This document shows positions 39,401 to 48,327 of a stretch of DNA of 64,000 nucleotides, piece by piece. The notes below the pieces were generated by a model. The model searched no databases. It was not told the DNA's origin and saw only the letters and a list, made by a program, of their open reading frames with translations. A program made the position numbers and the translations under genes. How positions within the stretch are numbered: the stretch's first letter is position 1; each line of letters starts with the position of its first letter. The DNA comes from Dehalococcoidia bacterium (GTDB lineage: Bacteria > Chloroflexota > Dehalococcoidia > Plut-88900), in the NCBI GenBank assembly GCA_965207225.1, contig CBDBLV010000003.1, positions 1-64,000 on the forward strand. The letters run 5' to 3'.

Positions 39401-41979
39401 CTGCGGGCTACGCCACGCTGACGGTGGCCACCACCAACGACGAGGTGGACGAGCCCGACGGATCGGTCACGGTCACCGTCGACGCCAGCGCCAACCTCGA
39501 ATACCGGGTGTCCTCGTCCCAGGGGACGGCCGTCGTGGTCGTGTCCGACGACGACGGCGGCTACACGGTCAACCAGGGAACGATCGCCAGGGTCAAGGAG
39601 CTGGCGTCGCAGACGCAGCACGGCGCGGCCCACGTGAACCGCTGGAACCGGGTGCTGCTGGCCTTCGGCGAGCACGACGGGACCGGCGTCACCGGCGGCC
39701 CGATGACGGCGGCCGAGGCCCAGGACATGGCCGACAATCACAGCAGCCCCGTCTGGGACCTGGTGGTCGTCGAGCTGACGGCCCTGGAAGCGGCCGCGGC
39801 ACAGACGCCGCCGCCGCCGCCCACGCCCGAGGTGAGTATCACCGCTGGCAGCGGGGTGACCGAGGGCGGCGACGCCACCTTCACGGTGACGGCCAGCCCG
39901 GCCCCGACCGCGAACCTGGACGTGAGCGTCACGGTGTCGCAGAGCGGCGACTACGGCGCGACCACGGGCCAGCGGACGGTGACGATACCCACCTCGGGCA
40001 GCGTCACCCTGACTGTCGCTACCACCGACGATACTACCGACGAAACCGACGGGTCGGTCACCGCAACGGTGAACGCGGGCAGCGGCTACACGGTGTCCTC
40101 GTCCCAGGGCGCGGCCACGGTCGGCGTCGCAGACAACGACGACCCGGTCGTTGAGGAGCAGACGGGCTACACGGTGGACCCGGACGTGATCGCGAAGGTC
40201 AGGGAGCTGGCGTCGCAGACGCAGCATGGCACGGCCCACGTGAACCGCTGGAACCGGGTGCTCGTCGCCTTCGGCGAGCACGACGGCACCGGCGTCACGG
40301 GCGGCCCGATGACGGCGTCCGAGGCGCAGGAGATGGCGAACCGGCACAGCAGCCCGGTGTGGGACGAGGTGGTGACCGAGCTGACGGCCCTGGAGGCGGC
40401 GGCGGCGCAGACGCCGCCGCCGCCGCCCACGCCTGAGGTGAGCGTCACTGCGGGCAGCGGCATCACCGAGGGCGGCAGCGCCACCTTCACGGTGACGGCC
40501 AGCCCGGCCCCGGCGTCCAACCTGGCGGTGAGCGTCACGGTGTCGCAGAGCGGCGACTACGGCGCCACCACGGGCCAGCGCACGGTGACGATACCCACCA
40601 CGGGCAGCGTCACCCTCACCGTCGGCACCACCGACGACGCCGCCGACGAGACCGACGGCTCGGTGACGGCCACGGTGAACGCCGGCAGCGGCTACACCGT
40701 GTCCTCGTCCCAGGGCGCGGCCACGGTGGCGGTGTCCGACAACGACGACGCCCCCACGCCGGTGGTGAGCGTCACCGCGGGCAGCGGCATCACCGAGGGC
40801 GGCGACGCCGTCTTCACGGTGACGGCCAGCCCGGCCCCGGCGTCCAACCTGGACGTGAGCGTCACGGTGTCCCAGAGCGGCGACTACGGCGCGACCACGG
40901 GCCAGCGCACGGTGACCGTCCCCACCACGGGCAGCGTCACCCTCACCGTTGGCACCACCGACGATACTACCGACGAGACCGACGGGTCGGTGACGGCGAC
41001 GGTGAACGCGGGCAGCGGCTACACGGTGTCCTCGTCCCAGGGCGCGGCCACGGTCGGCGTGGCCGACAACGACGCCGCCCCCACGCCGGTGGTGAGCGTC
41101 ACCGCTGGCAGCGGGGTGACCGAGGGCGGGGACGCCGTCTTCACGGTGACGGCCAGCCCGGCGCCTTCGTCCAACCTGGCGGTGAGCGTCACGGTGTCCC
41201 AGAGCGGCGACTACGGCGCGACCACGGGCCGGCGGACGGTGACGATACCCACCACGGGCAGCGTCACCCTCACCGTCGGCACCACCGACGATACTACTGA
41301 CGAGACCGACGGGTCGGTGACGGCCACGGTGAACGCGGGCAGCGGCTACACGGTGTCCTCGTCCCAGGGCGCGGCCACGGTCGGCGTTGCCGACAACGAC
41401 GACGCCCCCACGCCGGTGGTGAGCGTCACCGCTGGCAGCGGGGTGACCGAGGGCGGGGACGCCGTCTTCACGGTGACGGCCAGCCCGGCGCCTTCGTCCA
41501 ACCTGGCGGTGAGCGTCACGGTGTCCCAGAGCGGCGACTACGGCGCGACCACGGGCCGGCGGACGGTGACGATACCCACCACGGGCAGCGTCACCCTCAC
41601 CGTCGGCACCACCGACGATACTACTGACGAGACCGACGGGTCGGTCACCGCGACGGTGAACGCGGGCAGCGGCTACACGGTGTCCTCGTCCCAGGGCGCG
41701 GCCACGGTCGGCGTGGCCGACAACGACGATGCTGCGCCGGAGGTGGAGATAACCGTCACCGTCGAGGCCGCGTCGGCGGTGGAGGGCGACGTGCTGGAGT
41801 TCCGGGTGCGGCTGTCCGAGGCGTCCACCGAGGAGATCAGGATCAGATGGAACACCGCGCCTGCGTACCACCTGCTGGACGACCGGGCGCACATGACCGA
41901 CTATCAGTACACGGAGGGTGAGCTGGTGTTCGCGCCGGGGGTGACGGAGCTGACGGCGGAGGTGTGGCTGGAGTACTGA
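33460..41979 (+). CDS. giant secreted adhesin-like protein (choice-of-anchor R-like repeats, lectin-like domain, FN3, Calx-beta repeats), 3'-truncated
   Basis: signal peptide; five SN.GQ...AQ.F.TG...Y.L.SVDV repeats; Calx-beta repeats; ends mid-domain at an att half-site. Confidence 0.88.
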   Translation: MRRPWTALLALALLAAFVTLSTEQADAQQASQTLTSNIGQAHSNADFDSIAHDNAQAFTTGSAARGYTLTSVDVVFRTISDASLASKLAVTINEDSGGEPGTVLGTLTNPGTIATGTNSFTHAGLELEAGTAYWVVVGPGGYTGALTGINWISLTASDAEDTGGADGWSIGDDGYQNAGGSWQMIQGSWNLRITIKGFATPPPPLVSNFGQANGGTGNFVQHDHAQAFTTGANAGGYTLTGVDFSFPQINDGALAGKLTAEIRSDSGGAPGAVVATLTKPGTIAAGTNSFTHSGVALAANTTYWAVLDVTLVLVPGANTIQNTASDAEDAGGADGWTIADDGHYRTWNTSGAWTSFSQSRKITIHGTAVETVETETFVANTGQADAGSVNLSNDIAQAFTTGSNSFGYSLRSVDVRFNAIQSGFSSSDLTASIHAASGGSPGSSLGTLTNPASFPVSSSDQTLTFTSTGIDLAANTSYFLVIDMSVSRGSSSLDYTVSDSEDSGGLPGWSISRNYLDRPVASTGGWGNAPNESLQISLDGLSKPEPPRVSILGGGAVTEGVSASFTLRAVPAPTADLPVSVTVATTGDFGYGALPTSVTIPASGTATLEIATTNDDVDEAHGSVTVTLVDGSDYDLATSLGTATVRVRDDDPPLVKNTGQSSGLVQGLHVDLAQGFDTGGNPSGYTLTSVDVAFNRSTEDFGSKLTVTVHKGANGAPGTVVGTLTNPDWVNRQAGTYSFTHPGVALEADTRYWVVLDAAGLTEGNSQVKFTQSNSEDEGAAPGWSINNDARIRAQGGGNWITLVGGSTLSMGVNGRLLPHADGSYTVPLDWPLKPLGLGAGETFRLLFMTEDHRDATAADIGVYDAHVREAARDGHAAVRRYADHFRVVGSTAAVDARDHTRTNPNNAGHTDAEVWWLNGERVAANNAGFWSDTWENWAMADRRFESGERSTSNDWPWTGTRTDGAKEANPLGASNARRGRFSTTDADTGPISYNTIASTQDHAFYGISPLFRVEPTPVNAPPGEPAVMSNLGQADGAALTVTTASTVRDRAQSFRTGKNGGHYRLNSVDVEFAEIGDSDAARDLRVQIWAGSGGSPGSTAADVLADLARPSMPVGSADRTFTFTYQGDDGSGLRLEPNTTYWVYVYDASVQPNSTYTLRATASNSERLQGLRLPEGWSIGDGHSSWSLYPNPAVSWSTHSEALKIGLNLGAADAFVQFRTCAGTVSGNDCDTGWVIANYNRHDPPPTITLTEGGPAVTYQWQAVDPHERRHFYVASQVAEPLSHFGGYIGPGKPDRDRLMCHTGSRSPYNLGDPIVEGLGRDGINFGYGSTAGPLLDRHDGCPFSSQSVYESDANKWRPVSLAAGQDSDAFDHGTFLIHRPHAVGHNFYENGVLYQVGGFDYPEVRVPLIIRDDDEWEQTLEFSIDDGTTWTSIEDGGLNLAFPASLNTGRKAHYFWVRTKNDPPADQDKRFSISADFAKPLLRSGTSEYFRSHRVWFTSPAASHLHTFRTDSAVSAGSVTVGRTPVQVDIHVGANVVGNVTFQVEGYKLYERSDNQISTETPPKTVRTDSFSFHRTLGSCVGCQRLLGDLPDPVVERVGDLSYANLSDTGIDLSWPQVVGAEGYEVRYWSTTSPFPGVPADEAWFGAEPNDPAWNIRHLEPDTEYRAVVYYADHGATQLSTASPVIRFTTLAAGSPVEAEPTSVIVERVPEVSISAAGGTITEGEDAVYTVTVNPAPDAPLDVRVGVAGPGSVVAAQHLGERTVNVPTGGSVSFTIPTVDDTGWGSNGMLGATVQFGEGYRLNRFRSYASVYIANNDLPPPPPVQLKRVSDTTATVAWKPQGDGASYLVVWHESFTGVPVLTEVTTTATEHQLTGLNPQSHYVVSVLHGTTQLDKITVRTLAAGATPKTFTVDFETPAPNTSVPLISVTADGNVTEGGDATFTVSANPAPAADLDVSVTVSQSDDSGISIEHRTVTIPTAGYATLTVATTNDEVDEPDGSVTVTVDASANLEYRVSSSQGTAVVVVSDDDGGYTVNQGTIARVKELASQTQHGAAHVNRWNRVLLAFGEHDGTGVTGGPMTAAEAQDMADNHSSPVWDLVVVELTALEAAAAQTPPPPPTPEVSITAGSGVTEGGDATFTVTASPAPTANLDVSVTVSQSGDYGATTGQRTVTIPTSGSVTLTVATTDDTTDETDGSVTATVNAGSGYTVSSSQGAATVGVADNDDPVVEEQTGYTVDPDVIAKVRELASQTQHGTAHVNRWNRVLVAFGEHDGTGVTGGPMTASEAQEMANRHSSPVWDEVVTELTALEAAAAQTPPPPPTPEVSVTAGSGITEGGSATFTVTASPAPASNLAVSVTVSQSGDYGATTGQRTVTIPTTGSVTLTVGTTDDAADETDGSVTATVNAGSGYTVSSSQGAATVAVSDNDDAPTPVVSVTAGSGITEGGDAVFTVTASPAPASNLDVSVTVSQSGDYGATTGQRTVTVPTTGSVTLTVGTTDDTTDETDGSVTATVNAGSGYTVSSSQGAATVGVADNDAAPTPVVSVTAGSGVTEGGDAVFTVTASPAPSSNLAVSVTVSQSGDYGATTGRRTVTIPTTGSVTLTVGTTDDTTDETDGSVTATVNAGSGYTVSSSQGAATVGVADNDDAPTPVVSVTAGSGVTEGGDAVFTVTASPAPSSNLAVSVTVSQSGDYGATTGRRTVTIPTTGSVTLTVGTTDDTTDETDGSVTATVNAGSGYTVSSSQGAATVGVADNDDAAPEVEITVTVEAASAVEGDVLEFRVRLSEASTEEIRIRWNTAPAYHLLDDRAHMTDYQYTEGELVFAPGVTELTAEVWLEY
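39560..41741 (+). repeat. intragenic tandem repeats: a 606-bp duplication then four 327-bp Calx-beta units
   Basis: unit starts at 40434, 40761, 41088, 41415 (period 327); 39828 to 40434 spacing is 606. Confidence 0.9.
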
Positions 41980-42023
41980 TAAAATCAAGAACCTTCGCAA
42001 TTTCCTTCAAGCTGGAGGTATAG
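41977..42023 (+). repeat. att right arm + integrase tail, copy 1
   Basis: TGATAAAATCAAGAACCTTC identical to 11528-11547; encodes IKSRTFAISFKLEV*. Confidence 0.9.
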
Positions 42024-42051
42024 TCGAGGCTCAGGAATTTGAGGTGGTCAA

Positions 42052-44625
42052 GTGAGATGTATCGTCCTCATTGGACTGATAGCCATTCTTATATTCCTCG
42101 TGGCAGGTTGTGGTGATCGCTACTCTACCCCCTCGCCCAGGGCTACTCAAGAGGCAACGGACACCAGCACCTCGACACCTGCCATCGGCGGCACCAACGC
42201 GTCCCAGTCACCCAGCGACGATATAGAGTTGGCTGGAGAGACCACATGGACCCTCGAATCGTTAGACGGTCAACCAGTCCTCGAAACGTCTGTAATAACG
42301 CTGAAGATTGGTGACAACTGGATTGACGGTATTGATGGATGCAACTCCTACAGCGGGCGATCCGAGGAGCGTACGCCTGTCACCGGTTCAGATGGGGTGT
42401 TCTCAATTCCACCCTTCGGAGTCACTGAGATGTTGTGCCCCGAGCCCGAGGGTGTCATGGACCAGGCCGATGCATATATGGCAGCCCTCGTGCAGGGGGA
42501 GAGGTTCCGCATTACCGATGACCGGCTGGAGATCCTCGACGGCGGCGGAGCGAGAAGACTGACTTTCGTCAGGCGGACGCCGCTGCCCGGGAGTCCCATT
42601 GACCTGAAGGGCACTGCTTGGCGGCTCCTCATCGAGGGTGGTGCGATGGACGGCGTTCGCGCACCGACCCTGGTCTTCTTGGATGATCGATTGGTCACCG
42701 GAGCGACTGCTTGTCGCAGCTACGTAGCGACGCACCAGGCGTCCGAGGGTGCTCTGAGGCTTCCAGGGAAGAGAACGTTAGGGTCCTCGCAATCATGGCA
42801 GTCGTGCGTAGAGCAAGAGCGGACTCTGGAGGTCGAGTTCACCGACTTTCTGACGTGGGCGAGGGAGTATTCGGTTGATGAGGAGGGAGGAGCGAGTCGC
42901 CTCAGAATCTGGAGCATCAAGGGCAAGACCCTGACCTTTGAGCCGCTGCCGCAGGCCGAGGACATATCCGACACGGATTGGTCCCTTACGGCGTTCGTCG
43001 AGCTCATGCTCGACTCCGGGATGTGGCACCACCGGACTGCCGAGGTGATCCAGGGGACCAAGATAACGATAGAGTTCGACGACCACGGCATCAGCGGATT
43101 CATGGGGTGCAACTCTTACGGGGGTCCGGCAATGTTCGAAAACGGATCGGTCACGGTGGATCGACAGTCCTTCTACTCTACGACGAAGCTGTGCGAAGTG
43201 CCGGAGGGTCTGACAGAGCAGGAAAAGCGCTACCTCTCTCTAGTACAGCGGGCCACACGGTATGGCATCTATGGCGACAGTCTGTTCATGCAGACGGATG
43301 ACGACGTGTTCCTGTTGTTCCAGGCCGAGGAGATGGCGGAAACGCCTGTTCCAGCTGCGGCTCCAGATGCACACCAACCCGCGATCCCGACTCCAGCGTC
43401 AGAGTCAAGCCCAGGGACCTTGTCAGCCAGAGAAGTCCTGGACTCAACGACCGCTGCCATGTCGGCACTGGACTCCGGGTATGTCGAGATAGAGGCGACG
43501 ACGAAGCTGTCGGCTGGGGACGGGTCGCAGCAGACCGTAACGATGGAGATAGTAGGTGACTTTCAAGCTCCTGCTCGAAGCCGGGTCAACATAAGCATCG
43601 GCGCCGACGACAACAGCACTGAGTTTGAGATAATCACCATTGAGGACACGACGTACCTGAATCTGCCCGATCTCGACAGGTGGGCTATCAGCACCGGTTC
43701 CATCACTCCTTACAGTGATCTGTTCTCGTTCGGCGCGTTCAGCACGGACTTTGACGCCGGGGTAGTCGCGTCCTTCGACTCGCCGATACGCCAGTTTTTT
43801 GCGGGTGAGAGTGTCCACTCCGTGAGGGGGCCAGTATCGGGGTATGCCCTGGCCGACCTGCTAGGCATCGTCGAAGATACCGATGGCGAAGACGTGGCCG
43901 AACTTGGCCAAGGCGTGGTCGAATTCTGGATTGGAGTCGATGACTTCCTAGTCCGGAAGATGGTGCTCGAGGCCGAACTGCCGGATGAGGAAGGCACCCT
44001 AAGCATGCAGATCATTATGGCGCTGTCTGATTTCGGCAAGCCTGTTGATATCCAGGTGCCCGATCCGGAGACGGGTGCCGACCAGCCGAGCGATCAGACT
44101 GGGGCAACCACGGAGGTTCTGGAGAACGGCTGGACCAGAGTTGACCTGACCCAGCAGGGTTTCGGGTTCGCCATTTCGGTGCCGCCGTCGTGGGAGTTGG
44201 ACACGACGAAAGACGAGGGGTTCAACCCGCGAAGTGCCCGCTGGCTCTTGGGCAAGGACACAACCGGCCCGGAATTCGATGGTATCCACCTGCTGTTCCA
44301 ACTCCAGATCGACCAGCTATTCTCTGCGTACGCCGACTTGGAGGAGTACACGGAAATCTACATAGCAAACACCGCCTTCTTCGCGGACATTGATGAGTCG
44401 GACATCGAGAGCGAGAAGGTCAGTCTGCCAGCAGTAGACGCTTTCGTTCAGAGCTTCTCAAACATCTCACCGACGCGAGGCATCCGGCTGTCACATGCTC
44501 AATACATCCTGGCGTATGGCGAAAACGCCTTCATCATCACCTTCACCTCACCGTCGGAAACCTTCGAGGAAGTGAGGCAGGTCCTTGAGCAGATCGCCGA
44601 GACGATAGAGTTGTACGACCCGTAA
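42052..44625 (+). CDS. lipoprotein with three META domains and a LppX/LprAFG-like region
   Basis: lipobox LVAGC; W.L...G..GCNSY.G...T..LC META motifs; FWIGVDDFLVRKM...LSDFGKPVDIQVP. Confidence 0.8.
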   Translation: MRCIVLIGLIAILIFLVAGCGDRYSTPSPRATQEATDTSTSTPAIGGTNASQSPSDDIELAGETTWTLESLDGQPVLETSVITLKIGDNWIDGIDGCNSYSGRSEERTPVTGSDGVFSIPPFGVTEMLCPEPEGVMDQADAYMAALVQGERFRITDDRLEILDGGGARRLTFVRRTPLPGSPIDLKGTAWRLLIEGGAMDGVRAPTLVFLDDRLVTGATACRSYVATHQASEGALRLPGKRTLGSSQSWQSCVEQERTLEVEFTDFLTWAREYSVDEEGGASRLRIWSIKGKTLTFEPLPQAEDISDTDWSLTAFVELMLDSGMWHHRTAEVIQGTKITIEFDDHGISGFMGCNSYGGPAMFENGSVTVDRQSFYSTTKLCEVPEGLTEQEKRYLSLVQRATRYGIYGDSLFMQTDDDVFLLFQAEEMAETPVPAAAPDAHQPAIPTPASESSPGTLSAREVLDSTTAAMSALDSGYVEIEATTKLSAGDGSQQTVTMEIVGDFQAPARSRVNISIGADDNSTEFEIITIEDTTYLNLPDLDRWAISTGSITPYSDLFSFGAFSTDFDAGVVASFDSPIRQFFAGESVHSVRGPVSGYALADLLGIVEDTDGEDVAELGQGVVEFWIGVDDFLVRKMVLEAELPDEEGTLSMQIIMALSDFGKPVDIQVPDPETGADQPSDQTGATTEVLENGWTRVDLTQQGFGFAISVPPSWELDTTKDEGFNPRSARWLLGKDTTGPEFDGIHLLFQLQIDQLFSAYADLEEYTEIYIANTAFFADIDESDIESEKVSLPAVDAFVQSFSNISPTRGIRLSHAQYILAYGENAFIITFTSPSETFEEVRQVLEQIAETIELYDP

Positions 44626-44637
44626 GGTGAGCTACCG

Positions 44638-44677
44638 TCTAGAACCTTCGGCAATTTCCTTTAAACTGGAGGTATAG
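44638..44677 (+). repeat. att right arm + integrase tail, copy 2 (degenerate)
   Basis: TCTAGAACCTTCgGCAATTTCCTTTAAACTGGAGGTATAG; copy 1 with a 1-bp insertion and few substitutions. Confidence 0.85.
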
Positions 44678-44710
44678 CCCATAGGCAATCGCTGATGGGC
44701 ACACGATGAG

Positions 44711-46150
44711 ATGAGACGTTGTGTGGCGCTCCTCCTATGCTCGCTGCCTGCGGCAGGAATCCGCTGGGCCGTGCTAATCGTCTCGTTGGCGGCTCTCGTG
44801 ATTTCGTTGTCGGCATGTAGCGACGAGTCGCCGATTCCCACCAACACCTCCACGCCAACCGTGACAGTCCCACCGACCTATAACCCCGGGCCTGCCCCGA
44901 CCTCGACTCCCACGCCGATCCCAACGGCCACGGCCACTCCTTCACCGACGCCTGTACCCATCGACACTCCCACACCCGCGCCTACGCCTACTCCCACGTC
45001 CACCCCAACGGCCACGGCTACTCCCACGCCAATCCCAACGGCCACGGCCACTCCTTCACCAACGCCAACCTCCACGCCCACACCTGTACCCACGCCAACG
45101 CCTCCTTCAAACACTAGGTTCTGGGAGCCGCTACGTCCAGCCTCTACTGAGTTCAACAGTTACCGGTCCCTCCAACATCCGCAGACGAGAGTCGGAGACC
45201 TCGTAGAGTTGCACCCGGTACAGTCCGAACACACCTCCACAATCAACCTTCCCTACGCCGGAGAGGTAGGACTGACCGTCCTCCGCGAAGGTCAGGAGCA
45301 TCCTGACACGACCGGCCTGATTGAAGCATCACTCCACAGGATTGAGGAGTTCATGGGATGGCCGTTCCCTGACGACCACGTCATCTACCACATGCACCAG
45401 CCACAGGACGGGGTCACCTCCTCGTACTTCTACGGCACTCACGTGCAAATCACCCTCGACTATCTGGGAGAGAAAGGACTGCACTACCCGCGCATCATCC
45501 AATGGAGCCGCGAGCCACTCATGCAGAGGGCAAACGGAGACCGGTATCGCAGCACCGGCTACACCACCAGCCCCATAACCGTGGTCGAGGCGGACGGTAC
45601 CACCTACACCAGGGGAGAACCCCGCCACATAGATGGGCAAAGCGCAGCATTAGGCAGAGCATTCTCAGGACTAGCCGTCCTCGCCCACGAAGCAGTCCAC
45701 TACTACTTCACGGGCGCGGGAGGTAACAGCGACAGTTACGCACCGTGGGTGGTGGAGGGGCCACCCGTATTCCTCACGTACCTCATCATCAAGCATCTCA
45801 ACCCGGAACTGCCGTTCCCCGACCTCAACACTTTCTACACCGCACATGATTTCAGCCTCTGCGAGGAAGATACGCTGGCAGAAACAGAGCGCATGGAAGA
45901 GTCATTTGAACGCTCAGATTGCATGTATCTGCTCGGCGGGCAACTCTTCGAGGACCTGCACAACCACATGGACGAGACCAACTTCCGCATGGGACTCAGG
46001 AGACTGTTCCTCCACACACGGGTCAACACCCCCGTGTGCGACAACGACCGAACCTCCATCTGCCACGTCAGAGAAGCCTTCTCCATGTATGCTTCGCCGG
46101 AGAAACGCCCCACCGTACAAGCTATCATCGAGCGGTGGTACGGTAACTAG
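44711..46150 (+). CDS. lipoprotein with Pro/Thr linker and HEXXH zinc metallopeptidase-like domain
   Basis: lipobox LSAC; (PT)n tract; [10 protein letters not shown]...WVVEG gluzincin-like motif. Confidence 0.8.
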   Translation: MRRCVALLLCSLPAAGIRWAVLIVSLAALVISLSACSDESPIPTNTSTPTVTVPPTYNPGPAPTSTPTPIPTATATPSPTPVPIDTPTPAPTPTPTSTPTATATPTPIPTATATPSPTPTSTPTPVPTPTPPSNTRFWEPLRPASTEFNSYRSLQHPQTRVGDLVELHPVQSEHTSTINLPYAGEVGLTVLREGQEHPDTTGLIEASLHRIEEFMGWPFPDDHVIYHMHQPQDGVTSSYFYGTHVQITLDYLGEKGLHYPRIIQWSREPLMQRANGDRYRSTGYTTSPITVVEADGTTYTRGEPRHIDGQSAALGRAFSGLAVLAHEAVHYYFTGAGGNSDSYAPWVVEGPPVFLTYLIIKHLNPELPFPDLNTFYTAHDFSLCEEDTLAETERMEESFERSDCMYLLGGQLFEDLHNHMDETNFRMGLRRLFLHTRVNTPVCDNDRTSICHVREAFSMYASPEKRPTVQAIIERWYGN

Positions 46151-46151
46151 A

Positions 46152-46211
46152 GGCCAACAGACTCGATAAGGTCAAGAATCCTTCACCTTGTGCTTCAAGT
46201 TGGAGCTGTAG
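46152..46211 (+). repeat. att core + right arm + integrase tail, copy 3
   Basis: GGCCAACAGACTCGATAAGGTCAAGAATC vs GGCCCACCAGACTTGATAAAATCAAGAACC; tail ...FTLCFKLEL*. Confidence 0.85.
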
Positions 46212-46222
46212 GAGGAAGCAAC

Positions 46223-46630
46223 GTGACCAGCAACGACATGGAGCTTGCCAGCCAGGGCCGCCGTCTCGCCGGATTCGTCTTGGACTGCTTCCTCGTTGTA
46301 CTCACGCTTGGCGTCGGCTGGGTCGTCTGGGATTTGATCGTGGCCCGGACTGGGCAGAGCCCTGCAAAGCGTCTATTGGGCACCCGCGTAATCCGCGATG
46401 ATGGAGCAGTAGCGGATCTGGGCTGGATGCTGATCAGGGACTTGGTAGTTCGAGGTGTCGCCTTCGGTGCGGTCTATGGAGTGCTGATGGCCGTGCTGGG
46501 TGAGGGAGTGGGCGGTGCCATCAACACCTTGGTGTTCACTCTGGCAACTCTGTGGTGTGTGTGGGATGCCAAGCGCCAATGCGTTTGGGACAAGATCGTG
46601 CGGACGCGGGTGGTTAGCTCCCGTGGCTGA
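46223..46630 (+). CDS. RDD family membrane protein
   Basis: LASQGRRLAGFVLD...GQSPAKRLLGTRVI...RQCVWDKIVRTRVV; GGAGG RBS. Confidence 0.85.
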   Translation: MTSNDMELASQGRRLAGFVLDCFLVVLTLGVGWVVWDLIVARTGQSPAKRLLGTRVIRDDGAVADLGWMLIRDLVVRGVAFGAVYGVLMAVLGEGVGGAINTLVFTLATLWCVWDAKRQCVWDKIVRTRVVSSRG

Positions 46631-46640
46631 GAGGGAGTTT

Positions 46641-47600
46641 GTGCTGCGCCTGTCGCAATTTTGTCTGATTCTCGTCGTGCTTCTCTTGGGGGGTTGCGTC
46701 ACTGACATAAACCCCTCTCTAACCGTAGTCCCGACCTCCACACCTGCTCCAACCTCTTCGCCGATACCGGAATCCGCAGTTACTGACACCCCGGTCATCA
46801 TTCCCACGGCCACTTCCGCACCCACAGTCACAGTCACGCCCAAGAGTGCCCGCGATTTGCCAACGCTGACGCCCACGCCCGCACTCACCCCTGATTCCTC
46901 AATATCTCCAAGCCCCCTTGCCTCAGATGTATGGCGTGGGCTTGTGGTCGCCCCGGAGGCCCGATGCTCGCCTTACGATCCTGACGACTACCCTTATTCG
47001 CAGTCTGTCGAGCGACACATCGTCGCCGGCATGGGCGGCATCGTCTACGGCCCATACACGGGGGTATGGTTCGATAGCACGTCCGAGACTGACATTGAGC
47101 ATATCGTCGCTCGCTCCGAGGCACACGACAGCGGGCTGTGCGCGGCGGATGCCGAAACCAGACGACGGTTTGCTTCCGACCTGATCAACCTCACACTGGC
47201 CAGTCCCTCGGTGAATCGCCACCAGAAAAGTGGCAGGGACGCCGCTGAATGGATCCCCGACCTGAATCAGTGCTGGTTCGCTAATCGCGTCGTCGAGGTT
47301 CGACAGAAGTATGACCTGACCATCGACGAACGCGAAAGTGACGCACTGGAGAACATCTTGTCGGGTTGCACGTCCACTGAGATGATTGTGCGAGAAGCTT
47401 CCCAGGCCCCGACGCCGACTCCCGTTGCTGTGCAAGGAGACGGGGCAGCCAACAACGCCCTTGAGATGTACGACGACAATGGGAACGGTCGCATAACCTG
47501 CGCAGAGGCGCGCAACCACGGCATTGCTCCCGTGCACCGTGGGCATCCCGCATATGAGTACATGAACGACGCCGACAACGACGGCGTGGTCTGCGAGTGA
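46641..47600 (+). CDS. lipoprotein with HNH/DUF1524-like nuclease and excalibur Ca-binding domain
   Basis: lipobox LGGC; DIEHIVARSEAHDSG...NL...VNRHQKS; C-terminal DADNDGVVCE. Confidence 0.85.
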   Translation: MLRLSQFCLILVVLLLGGCVTDINPSLTVVPTSTPAPTSSPIPESAVTDTPVIIPTATSAPTVTVTPKSARDLPTLTPTPALTPDSSISPSPLASDVWRGLVVAPEARCSPYDPDDYPYSQSVERHIVAGMGGIVYGPYTGVWFDSTSETDIEHIVARSEAHDSGLCAADAETRRRFASDLINLTLASPSVNRHQKSGRDAAEWIPDLNQCWFANRVVEVRQKYDLTIDERESDALENILSGCTSTEMIVREASQAPTPTPVAVQGDGAANNALEMYDDNGNGRITCAEARNHGIAPVHRGHPAYEYMNDADNDGVVCE

Positions 47601-47682
47601 CGAGGCGTCTCTCGGTCCAATAGTGGCAAGGCCAAGGGGGTGAAGGAGTGCCCAGAACGGCCTGAGCGAGACTGGGCGAGCG

Positions 47683-47725
47683 AAATCTCAGAGTATTCAT
47701 CTTGTGCTTCAAGCTGGAGCTGTAG
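47683..47725 (+). repeat. att arm remnant + integrase tail, copy 4 (most degenerate)
   Basis: AGAGTATTCATCTTGTGCTTCAAGCTGGAGCTGTAG; RVFILCFKLEL*, nearly identical to the copy 3 tail. Confidence 0.8.
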
Positions 47726-47868
47726 TCCCGGCCACCTTCCTAGTCCCCCGCATGTGGGCACCAAGGCCACTTTTACTCCGTGAAATTGCAACACGGGCCA
47801 GTCATTGCTATAGTGGAATCTGGAGAGGGCCAGATTGTTACTTGCCTTCTCGTAGCATCCACAGGGAA

Positions 47869-48327
47869 ATGTCGGTGGCCAAGAGAGCAAGGTTCGATGG
47901 TGACGCCTTCTATGCTGCCCTTGACGGGGAGAGGCAAGCACGCCAGTACACCTGGAAGCGAGTGGCAGAAGAGAGCGGAGTCAGTGCGTCCACCCTCACG
48001 CGTTTCTCTCAGGGCAAGCGTCCTGATGTAGATGGCCTTGCCTCGCTTTCAGCATGGTCTGGCTTGGATGTTGACAGGTTCTTCAGAGGTGGTGATGCCA
48101 AGAAGGAGCCAGAGCCGCTGGCGTTGATTTCGTCCTGTCTCCGTTCCGATCCTCGGTTGAACGTGGACTCCGCCATAGCAATTGACCAGATGGTGAAAGC
48201 GGCCTATAGAAGTATGAGCGGCCCAGATGAAGAAACGGAGGACTCATTCACGCCTGAGACAGCGACTACCATGAGCGAGGAAGTCACCGAGGCGCTCAAT
48301 GAAGGCACAGACAGGAGATTGCCTTGA
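47869..48327 (+). CDS. XRE-type HTH regulator upstream of the RM genes
   Basis: TWKRVAEESGVSASTLTRFSQGKRPDVD; overlaps methylase start. Confidence 0.8.
   Translation: MSVAKRARFDGDAFYAALDGERQARQYTWKRVAEESGVSASTLTRFSQGKRPDVDGLASLSAWSGLDVDRFFRGGDAKKEPEPLALISSCLRSDPRLNVDSAIAIDQMVKAAYRSMSGPDEETEDSFTPETATTMSEEVTEALNEGTDRRLP

Noticed and set aside
35056-42000. 2314-aa ORF on the - strand
   Set aside because: Antisense shadow of the GC-rich repetitive adhesin; Arg/Gly/His-rich with no motifs
44840-45105. Low-complexity ACxCCx repeats
   Set aside because: Ordinary Pro/Thr linker of a lipoprotein
41977-47725. Classical integron attC sites
   Set aside because: No RYYYAAC/GTTRRRY hairpins and no tyrosine integrase; the repeats match the LSR att arm instead
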